Below, in pieces: positions 43,753 to 53,888 of a stretch of DNA of 61,421 nt. The first letter of the stretch is position 1. Every line of letters starts with the position of its first letter. The stretch spans positions 1-61,421 of the IMG/VR virus record IMGVR_UViG_3300046703_000080; one strand, 5' to 3'. Below the pieces are notes generated by a model that was not told where the DNA came from, ran no database searches, and worked only from the letters and a program-made list of their open reading frames with translations. A program made the position numbers and the translations under genes. The stretch comes from a virus (taxonomy: Duplodnaviria; Caudoviricetes).

Positions 43753-46630
43753 GTACGAACGCAAGACGCTGGAGTTCACCTGCCAAGGGATGAATCTGTC
43801 CCGGCCCGTGGACAAGCTGGGCCCGGGAGTCTATCGGTTCCTGAAGAACACTCGGCCAGGCGGCGACAACCAAATCTGGGGTCGCAGCGGAATCGTTGAA
43901 GAGTGCAGCAATCCGGCCACCGACGCCGTCCACACCATCAAGCGGCTTAATGATCCGGTGCCTTCTCCGGCGCAGTACCCGAACTCTTTCAGACCTGAAA
44001 TGCGACTAGTGGGCGCCGGTACGAAGGTCCATTACGCCCTCTTTGCGCTCAATGCCCTGCACGAGTTGGACATCGGCTACAGTGGAGATCCGCTTTCCAT
44101 CTGCGTGGTGAAGCCTGATCGTTCGCCCCGCCCCGTCGCCATCATTGCGGACTCCGTAAAGATGCGGAAGACGAGCACCTCTGCGGCGGTGTATCAAGTG
44201 GGGGTTCCCCCTCCCAACTTCGCCCCAACCGCAAGCTGCCACAACATTTACCCGGATGGACCGGACATAGGGACGAGCGGACTGCCCTATCTTTACCGCT
44301 TCGTGGCGAGACTCGCCGATTGGGACACCGGGGCACTGAGCGCGCCAGGACCGGCGATGCGCGAAGAAGACGGGTTGAAACCGGGCGGCGGAGGACTCGG
44401 AGATCCACCGGCCAGCAGCATCTTGGTCTTAGTCCCCGAGACGTACACCAACAGTGAAGTGAAGACCCTCGATGTGTACCGTTTCGGCGGGAGTCTCGCA
44501 GAGTGGATCTGGGTGGGTTCCTGCGACAACTACCTCGGCGCTCCTTTTACGGACCTCAATTCGGACGCGGATATTGCCGCCAATCCGCGGCTGGAGGTGG
44601 CACCGGATTCGATTCACTATCAACCCTTCCTGACGGTGGACGTACCGCGTTCTGGAACCTGTACCTGCAGTGGTCACACCGTCACATTGGTTGGTGCGTC
44701 CGGAGAGGACGTGTTCAAGGCGTACTCCGCGACCGGGGATGATCCGTACTACGTCGCAGGAAATCAGATTGTGATTGGTGATCGCCTCTGCACCTTCTAT
44801 AAAAGTCCAGCCTCGACAACCTCTGTGGAGGTGGTGGAGGACGTCAGCGACCTTACTGGAACGCTCGGTTGGCAGATGCAGCAGCCTGAGATGGCGCGCA
44901 CTTCCCTGCCCTTTCTCTGGGGTCCGTTCGGCGGCGGGGAAACCGGGACATTCCTGTTCGCCGTTGGGGATACCTTGCTGCCTGGCGGTCTCTACTGGAC
45001 CGAGGGCAATGATCCAGAGAGCCATCCGCCATCCAATGTCCTCGAGATCACCGAACCTACCGAGCGGCTTCAGAACGGCTGCATGTACGATGGGCGGGCC
45101 TACGTCTTCTCGACCGAGCGGATGTTCGCCATCTACCCCTCATTCGGGCAGGCATCGCAGTTTGTCGCGGTGGAAGTGCCTGGATCGCGTGGCCTCTACC
45201 GCCGCTGGGCGCTGTGCTCGAATGGTGCAGCGATCTTCTCGCGGGCGCGCGACGGGATCTATGCCTCAACCGGCGGCGAGTCGGCCTGCATAAGCAATGA
45301 CATCGCAGGCCTGTTCGGAAAGGAACAAAGCGCAGCCGCCTGGAATGCCTTCGACGGTGTGACCGGGTTGACCGTCCCTGTGCCGGACCCAGACGAAGAG
45401 GAAGCGGAGCGGTTGACCTTCGCGGACGGCTACCTGTACTGGGAGTTCATCGGGACCGATGGTGAACGCTACACCATGGTTTACGACGCCGATCCGCGCT
45501 CGCACGGCCGCGGCGACACCCCGGCGGGCTGGATCAGCCTGGACTCCTACACGCCCGGGGTGACACTGCACTACCAGGAAGAGGGCGCCAACGCGCACAC
45601 GGTCCTCCTGGGGACTTCTGACGGGCGCCTGTTCCGCTATGAGGGTTACTCGGACGGTGGCGTGGCGATCGAGGGAGCCGTGCGCGGCTGGGCCTTCGAT
45701 GCTGGGGATCCGCGCGCGCGTAAGCAGTGGGGAGACACCTGGCTGGACTTCGACTCGGACTGCGATCAGATCACCTGGAAGGTCGGATTCGACAACTTCA
45801 CCTTCTTCAGCGACCCGTTTGAGACGACGGTTGACCTCACCGGCCGCCAGCAGGCGATTGGCGACATCAACTCCGGGACCGGGCAGTACGCCGCCAACAT
45901 CGGTGTGGACCTCTCGTGGAGCGCCACGGTAGGCCAGCCGAAGGTCATCGCTTGGCAGCCGGCATGGCTTCCCAAACCCGAGGTCACCGCGAAGCGCGTC
46001 ACTGACTGGACCGACGACGGGTACGCCGGCGACAAGTTCTTCCAAGGTGTCATCCTGACCGGCGACACCTTGGGAGAGGACCGCACACTCCAGATTCAGA
46101 AGGATGGGGCGATTGCGTTGGCCAGTTCCCTAACTGTGAACCACGATGGCGAGCAGCAGAAAGCCTACAGCTTCGTGACGCCCTTCGTAAGCCACATGGT
46201 CCGCTTGCTGCCAACCGACGCGAATTTCTGGCGCTTGACGGGCGCGCGGTGGGTCTGGGAGCCGATGCCAGAACTCACCGAATACTGGCAGACCCAGAAC
46301 ACGAACCTAGACATGGACGGGTTCTTCCATCACCACCACGCCTACATAGCGCTCGCCTCCAGCGCCGCGGTGACTTGGGAGATCCGCGTCGACGGCGTTT
46401 CCTACACCTATACGATTCCTTCGACCGGGGGAGTTCCAGCCAAACCCCACATCATGCTCCAGCCGATGAAGGGCAAGATCGTGGAGTATTACCGGCTGAG
46501 TTGCCCCAGCGGATTCCGCCTGTTCGAGCGTGACTGCGAGGTCTGGGTGAAGCAGTGGGGTGCGGGCGGTCAGTACGTCAAGAAACTTACTTTTGGGGAC
46601 ACGCACAGGGTCAGAGGAGCGGTGATCTGA
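43745..46630 (+). CDS. tail nozzle/stabilisation protein (P22 gp10/T7 gp12-like)
   Basis: ~960 aa beta-rich; GMNL..P.D, LYWT.GN.PE, DAGDPRARKQWGD; position after adaptor. Confidence 0.7.
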   Translation: MAEYERKTLEFTCQGMNLSRPVDKLGPGVYRFLKNTRPGGDNQIWGRSGIVEECSNPATDAVHTIKRLNDPVPSPAQYPNSFRPEMRLVGAGTKVHYALFALNALHELDIGYSGDPLSICVVKPDRSPRPVAIIADSVKMRKTSTSAAVYQVGVPPPNFAPTASCHNIYPDGPDIGTSGLPYLYRFVARLADWDTGALSAPGPAMREEDGLKPGGGGLGDPPASSILVLVPETYTNSEVKTLDVYRFGGSLAEWIWVGSCDNYLGAPFTDLNSDADIAANPRLEVAPDSIHYQPFLTVDVPRSGTCTCSGHTVTLVGASGEDVFKAYSATGDDPYYVAGNQIVIGDRLCTFYKSPASTTSVEVVEDVSDLTGTLGWQMQQPEMARTSLPFLWGPFGGGETGTFLFAVGDTLLPGGLYWTEGNDPESHPPSNVLEITEPTERLQNGCMYDGRAYVFSTERMFAIYPSFGQASQFVAVEVPGSRGLYRRWALCSNGAAIFSRARDGIYASTGGESACISNDIAGLFGKEQSAAAWNAFDGVTGLTVPVPDPDEEEAERLTFADGYLYWEFIGTDGERYTMVYDADPRSHGRGDTPAGWISLDSYTPGVTLHYQEEGANAHTVLLGTSDGRLFRYEGYSDGGVAIEGAVRGWAFDAGDPRARKQWGDTWLDFDSDCDQITWKVGFDNFTFFSDPFETTVDLTGRQQAIGDINSGTGQYAANIGVDLSWSATVGQPKVIAWQPAWLPKPEVTAKRVTDWTDDGYAGDKFFQGVILTGDTLGEDRTLQIQKDGAIALASSLTVNHDGEQQKAYSFVTPFVSHMVRLLPTDANFWRLTGARWVWEPMPELTEYWQTQNTNLDMDGFFHHHHAYIALASSAAVTWEIRVDGVSYTYTIPSTGGVPAKPHIMLQPMKGKIVEYYRLSCPSGFRLFERDCEVWVKQWGAGGQYVKKLTFGDTHRVRGAVI

Positions 46631-48285
46631 TGCCGAACCTGAGCAAAGCCTTCTGGACAGTCACGGTAGACAGCATTGAGTTGGGTTCGGGGGCGAACCT
46701 CGTCAATGGCGACTATACCCTGGCGAATCGCTGGAAGAGCGCGGAGTCGGGATGGCCGCACTGGTTCAGCGTCGATCTGGGAGCGGTCTGTAGCTTCGAC
46801 AGCTTTGTATATTACCCGTGGGTTGGCGGCAAACCCTACACAGTTGAATTGTACATTTCCGATGACGGAATCAACTGGGGGACTGCGGTGGGTTCGGATG
46901 ACTGGGAACTCAAGAGCGGCCCAGACGGAGATTCAGCCTTTTATATAATGATGCCGCGGCAGACGGCCCGGTATGTCAAATTTGTGGGGGTTACCGGACC
47001 AGCCGGAGGCGGACAAAACCGCGCCATGCAGTGCTGCCAGATCGACCTGATTCTGGAGCAGGGACACAACCGCTATGGTTGGACCGCTACGGCGTCAAGC
47101 CAGTTAGACGCCGGAAGCGGGCCGGAACGGGCATTGGACGAGTATAACCGCAACTCCGCTTACAGTTATTGGGTTTCTGGTGATTCGGTCGCTCCCGGGA
47201 ACATCCTCTTTCCCCATTGGATCGCTGTAGACATGCAGACGCCGCACGCCTGTAACTACATCAAGTACACTACAAGCACCATCGGTTCTCAAACGAATCC
47301 TTCGCTCGTGCGAGCCTATATCTCCGACAAAGGAAGTGACTGGACGCAAGTAGGAGAACAGGTATGGCCCCTTGACCGGCGTACCCAGTGGGTCTATTTC
47401 GAGAACGCGGACCATGTCCTCGTTACGCACACTTGTCGCTACTTCAAGTTGGAGGGGGTCACCGATGAAGGGCACGAGGGCAACAGCATCGGTCGAATGA
47501 TTTGCGCCGAAATCTACTCCGGGGAATTACACGAGGACGATGACTATAAGGTGTACAGAAAAGTTCACCCAACCGTTTTGGAAGACCTGACTCCCCAAAT
47601 CGACCCTAGCCACATCTGGGGGACTGTCGAATATCTATCTGTTGTGGCAACCGGGGACGATCCCCAAGCGGCGCACGTTCGGGCAAAGATCAAACTATGG
47701 ATGACTAACTCCCTAGCCTTCTACTCGGAATTTCTTTGTAGTGGTTTTGATTTCCCCGAGGGTTGGAAGGATCTGCCGCTGGAGAGCATCTCGGTTGTAG
47801 CCGAGGGCCAGCACTACAATGCTGCCGTCGTCTTCAGTTCTTCCGTGGGTAGTTTGGCTCCCGTGCGAGGTTCAGCGCAGAATATTCTGGTTGATTCGTG
47901 GTCCTGGTCTGTTGACTCCGGGGAATGGCTTGTCATGAGGCAAAATAAGGCCTATGACATTCTATCCGGATGGTACGATGTAGTTACTGCTGAGTACCTG
48001 GAAACGTGTTATTCCAGCTTCTACATCATGCAGTCATTGATGAGAACGGCGCCTTCGCACAACGACGCCGACTGTACAAGACTGCTTCTTGACGATCATT
48101 ACTTTCTGCTGGTTTACGGAGCGACCTACGTTCCGCCGGGAACCCCTCCTACTCCGCCTCCGCCAGTCACGCCACCTGGAGGGCAACCGCCCTGGCCGCG
48201 ACCCGAAGCTCCGCATTGTTTATTGAACGCGGCACCGGGAATCGTGCCGGATTTCACTGTGGTTGGACAGCCACTGGAGCCTTGA
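46630..48285 (+). CDS. tandem discoidin (F5/8 type C) domain protein
   Basis: WPHWFSVDLG...ISDDGINW...ARYVKF and FPHWIAVDM...CRYFKL; Pro-rich linker near C-terminus. Confidence 0.8.
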   Translation: MPNLSKAFWTVTVDSIELGSGANLVNGDYTLANRWKSAESGWPHWFSVDLGAVCSFDSFVYYPWVGGKPYTVELYISDDGINWGTAVGSDDWELKSGPDGDSAFYIMMPRQTARYVKFVGVTGPAGGGQNRAMQCCQIDLILEQGHNRYGWTATASSQLDAGSGPERALDEYNRNSAYSYWVSGDSVAPGNILFPHWIAVDMQTPHACNYIKYTTSTIGSQTNPSLVRAYISDKGSDWTQVGEQVWPLDRRTQWVYFENADHVLVTHTCRYFKLEGVTDEGHEGNSIGRMICAEIYSGELHEDDDYKVYRKVHPTVLEDLTPQIDPSHIWGTVEYLSVVATGDDPQAAHVRAKIKLWMTNSLAFYSEFLCSGFDFPEGWKDLPLESISVVAEGQHYNAAVVFSSSVGSLAPVRGSAQNILVDSWSWSVDSGEWLVMRQNKAYDILSGWYDVVTAEYLETCYSSFYIMQSLMRTAPSHNDADCTRLLLDDHYFLLVYGATYVPPGTPPTPPPPVTPPGGQPPWPRPEAPHCLLNAAPGIVPDFTVVGQPLEP

Positions 48286-48286
48286 T

Positions 48287-49573
48287 ATGGCCTTCGCCAA
48301 CGGCTACACATACCGGCGCAGCATCACCGTGGCCCACGCCAAGGTTCCGAACACGGACCAGGCGGATTTCCCCGTGTTGGTCTCGGGCACTTATTCCTAC
48401 CTCGCGCACACCACGCACGGCGGACTCTGCACCGATCTGAACGGCTATGACATCGCGTTCTACTCCGATGCAGCCGGGACCACGCCACTCTACTGGGAGA
48501 TCGAATCCTACAACCACGAGACCGGGGCGGTGGTCTTTTGGGTCAGGGTTTCGCTCGCAACCGCGACCGACACCGTGTTCTATATGTTCTACACGAACGC
48601 GGCTGTTTCAACCTTTCAGAGCACAGCGGCAACTGTTTGGACCGCAAATTACGTCAGTGTGTACCACCACGCCACCAACGCCGGGACCGACAGTCTCGGA
48701 GTTAACAACCTGGCGAGCACATCAGGGACACCCGACAACGCAGCGGGCAAGATCGGCGGAGGAATCTACTGCAACAATGAGAGCAAGTACAAGGCCTATC
48801 CACTGTCCAATGTCCCTAGTGGAACAGCCGCCCGCACTTACTCCAAGTGGATCAAACTGGCGGCGACAGGGCAGGCTTCAAAATACATGGGCGGTTGGGG
48901 ACAGGCGCGCGGACCTGGAAATGGGGAGTCCTGGACGTTTTATCTTTGGAAAACGGGGTCCGATTGGGGTGTGAGCGTCGACACAACCAATGGTGGCGGA
49001 GCAAGCCTCTTTACACAAGACACCAACTGGCACTATCTAGTAGCCACGCTACCGGCAGGTGGCGGCAACGCAGACATCAAGTTTTATTTGGATGGGGCGG
49101 ACGGCACGACAGCCGGAGCAACAGGAACGATTAACACTTCTACCGCTGGTGGAATTTCAGTTGGTGATCGCCCCTGGGTTGGCGCTGGCGCGAACTTCAC
49201 GATGGACGAAGAACGCATCTCGTCCATTGTCCGCACCGCCGATTGGATTGCCACCGAGTACAACAGCCAGAACGACCCGAGCACTTTCTATGCACTGGGG
49301 GACCAAGCGGAAGCCAGTGGGGAGACGACGGAGATCACCCCTCCAGTTGGACTGGTTCTCATTTCGGGGCTGGCCCCCAGCGTCAGTATCACGGACTATA
49401 AGTTCTTTACCCCGCCTACTGGAACCGTGCGACTAACCGGCGTGGGTCCCACGGTCTACGTCGGAGTTCCGCTGGACCCGCTCGGTCGGGGGGTCTGCTT
49501 CTTGGTCCCACGATCCATCAAAAGCCCGCCATTCGCCGTCATGAAGATGCCATCGGAAAGGAAAGGAACATAA
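48287..49573 (+). CDS. DUF2341 + LamG-like domain protein
   Basis: YRRSIT...DFPVLV...NGYDIAF...EIESY...G...FWV; GKIGGG, WHYLVAT, MDEERISS..RTADWIATEYNSQ. Confidence 0.82.
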   Translation: MAFANGYTYRRSITVAHAKVPNTDQADFPVLVSGTYSYLAHTTHGGLCTDLNGYDIAFYSDAAGTTPLYWEIESYNHETGAVVFWVRVSLATATDTVFYMFYTNAAVSTFQSTAATVWTANYVSVYHHATNAGTDSLGVNNLASTSGTPDNAAGKIGGGIYCNNESKYKAYPLSNVPSGTAARTYSKWIKLAATGQASKYMGGWGQARGPGNGESWTFYLWKTGSDWGVSVDTTNGGGASLFTQDTNWHYLVATLPAGGGNADIKFYLDGADGTTAGATGTINTSTAGGISVGDRPWVGAGANFTMDEERISSIVRTADWIATEYNSQNDPSTFYALGDQAEASGETTEITPPVGLVLISGLAPSVSITDYKFFTPPTGTVRLTGVGPTVYVGVPLDPLGRGVCFLVPRSIKSPPFAVMKMPSERKGT

Positions 49574-49574
49574 C

Positions 49575-50036
49575 ATGGCCGCTGATGCCTGGATCACTTA
49601 CGCGAGTTTGGCCGAGAAGGTCGGCAACAAACTCATCGACTTCGACACGGACGACTTCAAAATGGCGCTCATCCTGGATGGCTACACGCCAGATCAGGCG
49701 GCGGATGACGAGTACGCCGACATCTCAGGAGACGAGCACGCCAGCCAGGGCGCTCCCGGCTACGTCACTGGTGGATTTCCGCTAACCGGAGTCGCCTGGA
49801 CCCGCACTGGCGCGACTTCGAAGTTCACGAGCAACTATGCCCAGTGGACCGCCACCGGCGGAAGCATCGTCTGCAAGTACGCTGTGATCTATGACGACAC
49901 CGTTGCGGGCAAGCCCCTGGTGGCTTACTGCCTTCTGGATAATTCTCCGGCAGACGTGACAGTGACGGTCGGGAACATCCTGAAGATCACTCCCAGTGCG
50001 ACCGGGATCTTCACGGAGGCAGACGCCAATGCGTAA
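49575..50036 (+). CDS. putative virion/fibre-associated protein
   Basis: IDFDTDDFKMAL, GY..GG..L, WTA.GGSI...YAVIYDDT. Confidence 0.7.
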   Translation: MAADAWITYASLAEKVGNKLIDFDTDDFKMALILDGYTPDQAADDEYADISGDEHASQGAPGYVTGGFPLTGVAWTRTGATSKFTSNYAQWTATGGSIVCKYAVIYDDTVAGKPLVAYCLLDNSPADVTVTVGNILKITPSATGIFTEADANA

Positions 50037-50523
50037 GCAACGGTGGTATCCCGCAGGTGACCCCGCCGTCCCGAAACAGACCCAGGATGCCTTCCGCCGC
50101 ATCCTGGACATGGTGTACGAGAACCAGGACCAGCTCGGCCCGCTGTCGATCTACGGGCGAGGGTCCAAGAACCAGAGCATCGGCGTGTCCGATGTGGTGA
50201 TCTTCGGGTGTACCATCACGGCGCCGCGGCCGGGCATGTGGACGGTGACGGGCCGCTTCGCGGTCGCAGTGGCGGGCGCGGGCGACCTGGGCAAGGAGAT
50301 TCGAGGCTCACTGTACGTGGCCGGCGAGAAGTGCCCCGGCATGGCAGTGGTCAAGTCCGCGACGGCGGGAATGTCTTTCATGGCATCTCAAAGCTGGCAG
50401 GTGAAGTTATCGAAAGGGCAAGCGCTGGCTTTACGGATCAGTAAGGAATCGACAGCCAGCGGGACCAGTTCGGTGCAGGGTGAAAATACAACCCTCACCG
50501 GAGTTTGGCAAGGAACAGATTGA
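50029..50523 (+). CDS. putative tail needle/C1q-like small structural protein
   Basis: short helical N-terminus, beta-sandwich C-terminus. Confidence 0.5.
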   Translation: MRKQRWYPAGDPAVPKQTQDAFRRILDMVYENQDQLGPLSIYGRGSKNQSIGVSDVVIFGCTITAPRPGMWTVTGRFAVAVAGAGDLGKEIRGSLYVAGEKCPGMAVVKSATAGMSFMASQSWQVKLSKGQALALRISKESTASGTSSVQGENTTLTGVWQGTD

Positions 50524-50547
50524 AAAACGAGACTTTTGTCCCATAAT
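50520..50547 (+). promoter_or_regulatory. internal promoter candidate
   Basis: TTGAAA-16 bp-CATAAT, then GAGGAG RBS. Confidence 0.4.
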
Positions 50548-50564
50548 GGGGCGAGGAGAGCAAC

Positions 50565-50840
50565 ATGGCGGTCAAAGCGAGAGACAGATTCGGAACATTA
50601 GGAGCCAACCGCCTTTCCGACCCGGCGGTGGGCGGTTTCACCTTCACCAAGAGCGATACCGATGAACTGCCCGAAGTAACTCGGTGGCTCTATGTCGGTG
50701 GTGCCGGAGACATCAATATGGTCCTAGCGGACGGGCAAACCGTGCTACTGAAGAACGTGCCGATCGGCCTCTACCCTCTCCGGGTGAAGCAGGTGTTGTC
50801 CACGGACACGGGCGCAAGCCTCATGGTCGGATTGATCTAG
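50565..50840 (+). CDS. head-spike base protein (RcGTA Rcc01079-like)
   Basis: PA.......SDT..L...TR.LYVGGAGD......DG..V...NVP.G..P.RV..V.ST.T.A. Confidence 0.75.
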   Translation: MAVKARDRFGTLGANRLSDPAVGGFTFTKSDTDELPEVTRWLYVGGAGDINMVLADGQTVLLKNVPIGLYPLRVKQVLSTDTGASLMVGLI

Positions 50841-50856
50841 GGATAGGGATCTGGGA

Positions 50857-51483
50857 ATGACCACCAAGCGCACCGCCGCGACGGCAACCGCAGTGCTCGC
50901 TGCGGCTGCGCTCTGGCTGTCTGGAGCGCCGAAGAACGACCGATCCGCGCCCAGCGTCTACATCCTCGCGCCGTTGACAGGAAGTACCGTCGATGGCGGG
51001 GTGAACATCCTCCTCTCAACGATGGACAACGTCACCGCAGTGCGGGTGGCGGTTGAGGTGGACGGGCAGCCAGTTTGCAACCTCCTCAATTCCGGCTCCG
51101 CCAAGGCGAAGAACTGGACGTGCTTTTGGGAATCCGCACTGGAAACCGAGAAGCAACGGACGATCCACGGTACCGCCTACGATGCTGCCGGAAACCACCA
51201 GTCAACCAGTCTCCAAGTGACCAGCGCGGCGATCCTGCTGCTCAGCGGCAGCGTGCCGGATGCCATCTGCGGCGAACCGTGGGTAGCAAATTTCAGGCTC
51301 ACGGGCGGAATGCCGCCGTACACCTGGAGCGTGATTGCGGGCGCGCTGCCGTCCTGGGCGACTTTCACGGCGAATGGCGCAACAGCCCAGGCCGCTGGAA
51401 CCGCGCCGATTGCGGGGCCGGATGGCACCTGTGATGGCCAAATGCTACTTGCCCGGCTGCGGGCGAGTCTGGGGATCACATGA
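50857..51483 (+). CDS. Ig-like domain protein with signal-like N-terminus
   Basis: APSV.I..P..GSTV, DNV....V.V.VDG, AYDAAGN; TGG.PPYTWS...GALP. Confidence 0.7.
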   Translation: MTTKRTAATATAVLAAAALWLSGAPKNDRSAPSVYILAPLTGSTVDGGVNILLSTMDNVTAVRVAVEVDGQPVCNLLNSGSAKAKNWTCFWESALETEKQRTIHGTAYDAAGNHQSTSLQVTSAAILLLSGSVPDAICGEPWVANFRLTGGMPPYTWSVIAGALPSWATFTANGATAQAAGTAPIAGPDGTCDGQMLLARLRASLGIT

Positions 51484-51767
51484 CGCCGGTACGAGATGGG
51501 CGGCAGAATCCGCGCATTCGGTTAGGAGAAAGCGACCGTCAGTTGCCGCTACTGACGCCCCGACAGGCTCAAGCAGTGGGTTTCATTCGATCAGGCGTAC
51601 ACAGTGCAAAAGAACTCAGTTACCGGATGGGCCAAACGTACAACGGGACACACCTCTGCCTGGAACGGATCTATGAGCGGCTGGGTGAGCGGGGGTACGC
51701 AGTGGACAACCTTACCGGGCTCGCCATCTTCGCGTTCGCGCCGGAGGTTCTGAAACAGAAGGAGTGA
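51480..51767 (+). CDS. LuxR/GerE-type HTH protein
   Basis: LTPRQ.Q....I..G..S.KE....MG........L.RIY.RLG. Confidence 0.65.
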   Translation: MTPVRDGRQNPRIRLGESDRQLPLLTPRQAQAVGFIRSGVHSAKELSYRMGQTYNGTHLCLERIYERLGERGYAVDNLTGLAIFAFAPEVLKQKE

Positions 51768-51768
51768 C

Positions 51769-52003
51769 ATGGCCACACGCATTTACATCATGCCTATCAC
51801 GGGAAGTGGGGGAGTGATAGGTGATCCTCCCGTGCCCGACCCCCGCCGCGGCCCCCGCTGTAGCCCCGTCAGTGTACTTCGCGGGTTTCACCCTCATAGA
51901 AAGTGCAAAGCCGAACGTCGTGACGGTGTTGGCAAGATGGATCAAAACCACCTTGAAGAGAATACGCGGTTGGTTTGAGACGATAGTAGGCAAGAAGAAT
52001 TAG
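51769..52003 (+). pseudogene. probable out-of-frame fusion of two gene remnants
   Basis: Strong start (AAGGAG, MATRIYIMPITGSG...DPRR) in one frame; stop adjoining the next RBS in another. Confidence 0.45.
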
Positions 52004-52012
52004 GAGAACAAC

Positions 52013-52633
52013 ATGGCAAGCGTAAGTTGGGCAGACCCATTTTCCAAAGGCAACACCAGCGCTGGCGAATCCTTCGAGGGGGGCAAGGACCCCTACAAGA
52101 TCGCGCCTGAGCCGGTCTCGGGCAACAGCCTGACGCAACGGCTTCGATCGCTCATGAACGTCGGCGGAAATTGGGCGCAGGAACTCAACACCGGCGGCAC
52201 GAGCAACGTGGGCGCGGCGACGGACTACTGGGGCAAGATCCTCAGTGGCAATCGCGCGGCGATGATGGAGGGGCTGGCGCCGGAGGTCAAGTCGATCCAG
52301 GGGCAGTATGCGAACGTCGCCAAGGCCAATTCGATGCTGGCTCCTCGCGGCGGCGGGCGTGCGACGGTGGCGGCAGAGGCCCCCTACAGCATGGCGTCGG
52401 CGATTCAGTCGCTCCTGCAGAGCGTCCGACCGCAGGCTGCCAATGCTATGTCGCAGATAGGGCTTCAGCAACTCGGGCTGTCACAGCAGGAGTTATCGAC
52501 GATCCTCCAAGCGGCGCTGGGTATGCGCGGGCAGGATCTCACGGAACGCGGGCAGAACATGGGACTCGGAAGTTCGTTGGGCACTGGTATCGCCAAGTTG
52601 GTTCCCTGGGATAAGATATTTCCCAGCTCATAA
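52013..52633 (+). CDS. putative ejection/pilot protein
   Basis: Gly/Ala/Ser/Gln-rich, MRGQDLT.RGQ; first of three size-ascending genes. Confidence 0.65.
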   Translation: MASVSWADPFSKGNTSAGESFEGGKDPYKIAPEPVSGNSLTQRLRSLMNVGGNWAQELNTGGTSNVGAATDYWGKILSGNRAAMMEGLAPEVKSIQGQYANVAKANSMLAPRGGGRATVAAEAPYSMASAIQSLLQSVRPQAANAMSQIGLQQLGLSQQELSTILQAALGMRGQDLTERGQNMGLGSSLGTGIAKLVPWDKIFPSS

Positions 52634-52645
52634 GGGGGTTGAATC

Positions 52646-53887
52646 ATGGGTACAGCAGGATTTTTTGGAGGGTTACTCGGCGGTATCGGCGACGAACTCC
52701 AGGTTCAACGTGATCGCAAGCAGAAACTCGACCTCATGGGCCGCCAGGCTGAGTTGGAGCACTGGGGCAAGTTATTGGAGAAGCCGGATGCCTTTGTCGG
52801 TGGTGCAGGTGGTCCAGCCTACACCGACTACCTGAACAGGTACTTCGATGTGCTCGGGGCGATGACTGGCAACAAGTCCGCTCGCAAACACCTCCAGCCA
52901 GCTCAGGACTTCATTCGCGCGATGGCCGACAAGGTGTACGCCGGAAGAGAAGAACAACCTTCGACTCCCGGCCCGATGCTTCAGCCGGACCCGGAGGCCC
53001 CTGCTGCCGTGCAGAACCTGTTGCAGTTCCAGTTGCCGGATGTGCCCGGCATCCCCGCGCGCAAGGGTCCGTGGTACACGCCGGAGGAACAGGCGGCCAG
53101 GGCGCTGAAGCTGAAGGCGAACGAAGAGATGGCTATGGGCCAGGCGAAGGATCTTGGCGAAATGCCGGGATTCCGTGCTCGGCAAGACATCCTCAGCGCG
53201 AATGCCATAAAGCTGGAGCAGGCGCGCGCAGACGGCCGCACCACAATCCTCCGGGGCGTTCCCGATCCCCGGCCGGGCGCGAACGAATGGGACTACGTGG
53301 ATATTCTGCAGTACGGGAACGGGACTCAGGAACTTGGCGAAGGTAGGCGCCCGGCTGCTATTGAGCGCGCCTACCAGACCGCTGCCTTCATCGCGACCGA
53401 GGAAGGTATTCCAATGGAGCAGGCTTGGGCGCGCGTGTGGGCGCAGCCGTACCAGGCTGGAGAGCAACGGTCCACGCTCAACGCGGCCCGGATTGAGGAT
53501 GTTCCGCAAATCAGGCGGCAACGAGAGGCGGCGATCGCCAACACCGGCCAGGGCATGACGGCGCGACAACTCACAATCTCTGACAAGGTTGCCGACGATC
53601 TGGCGGACGGAGTGCTCGCCGGCGTGACCGGAATTGATCCCAAGACGCCGATGAACGCAAGACTCGGTATGGCAATCGACAACCTGGGCGTGTGGTACAA
53701 GAACGATCCCCTTCTGAGCAGGCCCGAGGTCCAGGCAGCGGTCAAAGCAAGGCTCCTGGACCGGCAGGCAAGGGCAACACCGAGGCCGAAGGCAGGACTT
53801 AGTCTGAAGGGGAGAGTGCCAGGCAGAGGGACGGCGGGAGCACCGGCGCCGGCAGCACCTACGGCAGCAAGAAACCCCTATCGGTAA
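52646..53887 (+). CDS. putative ejection protein
   Basis: GFFGGLLGG N-terminus, helical. Confidence 0.65.
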   Translation: MGTAGFFGGLLGGIGDELQVQRDRKQKLDLMGRQAELEHWGKLLEKPDAFVGGAGGPAYTDYLNRYFDVLGAMTGNKSARKHLQPAQDFIRAMADKVYAGREEQPSTPGPMLQPDPEAPAAVQNLLQFQLPDVPGIPARKGPWYTPEEQAARALKLKANEEMAMGQAKDLGEMPGFRARQDILSANAIKLEQARADGRTTILRGVPDPRPGANEWDYVDILQYGNGTQELGEGRRPAAIERAYQTAAFIATEEGIPMEQAWARVWAQPYQAGEQRSTLNAARIEDVPQIRRQREAAIANTGQGMTARQLTISDKVADDLADGVLAGVTGIDPKTPMNARLGMAIDNLGVWYKNDPLLSRPEVQAAVKARLLDRQARATPRPKAGLSLKGRVPGRGTAGAPAPAAPTAARNPYR

Positions 53888-53888
53888 A

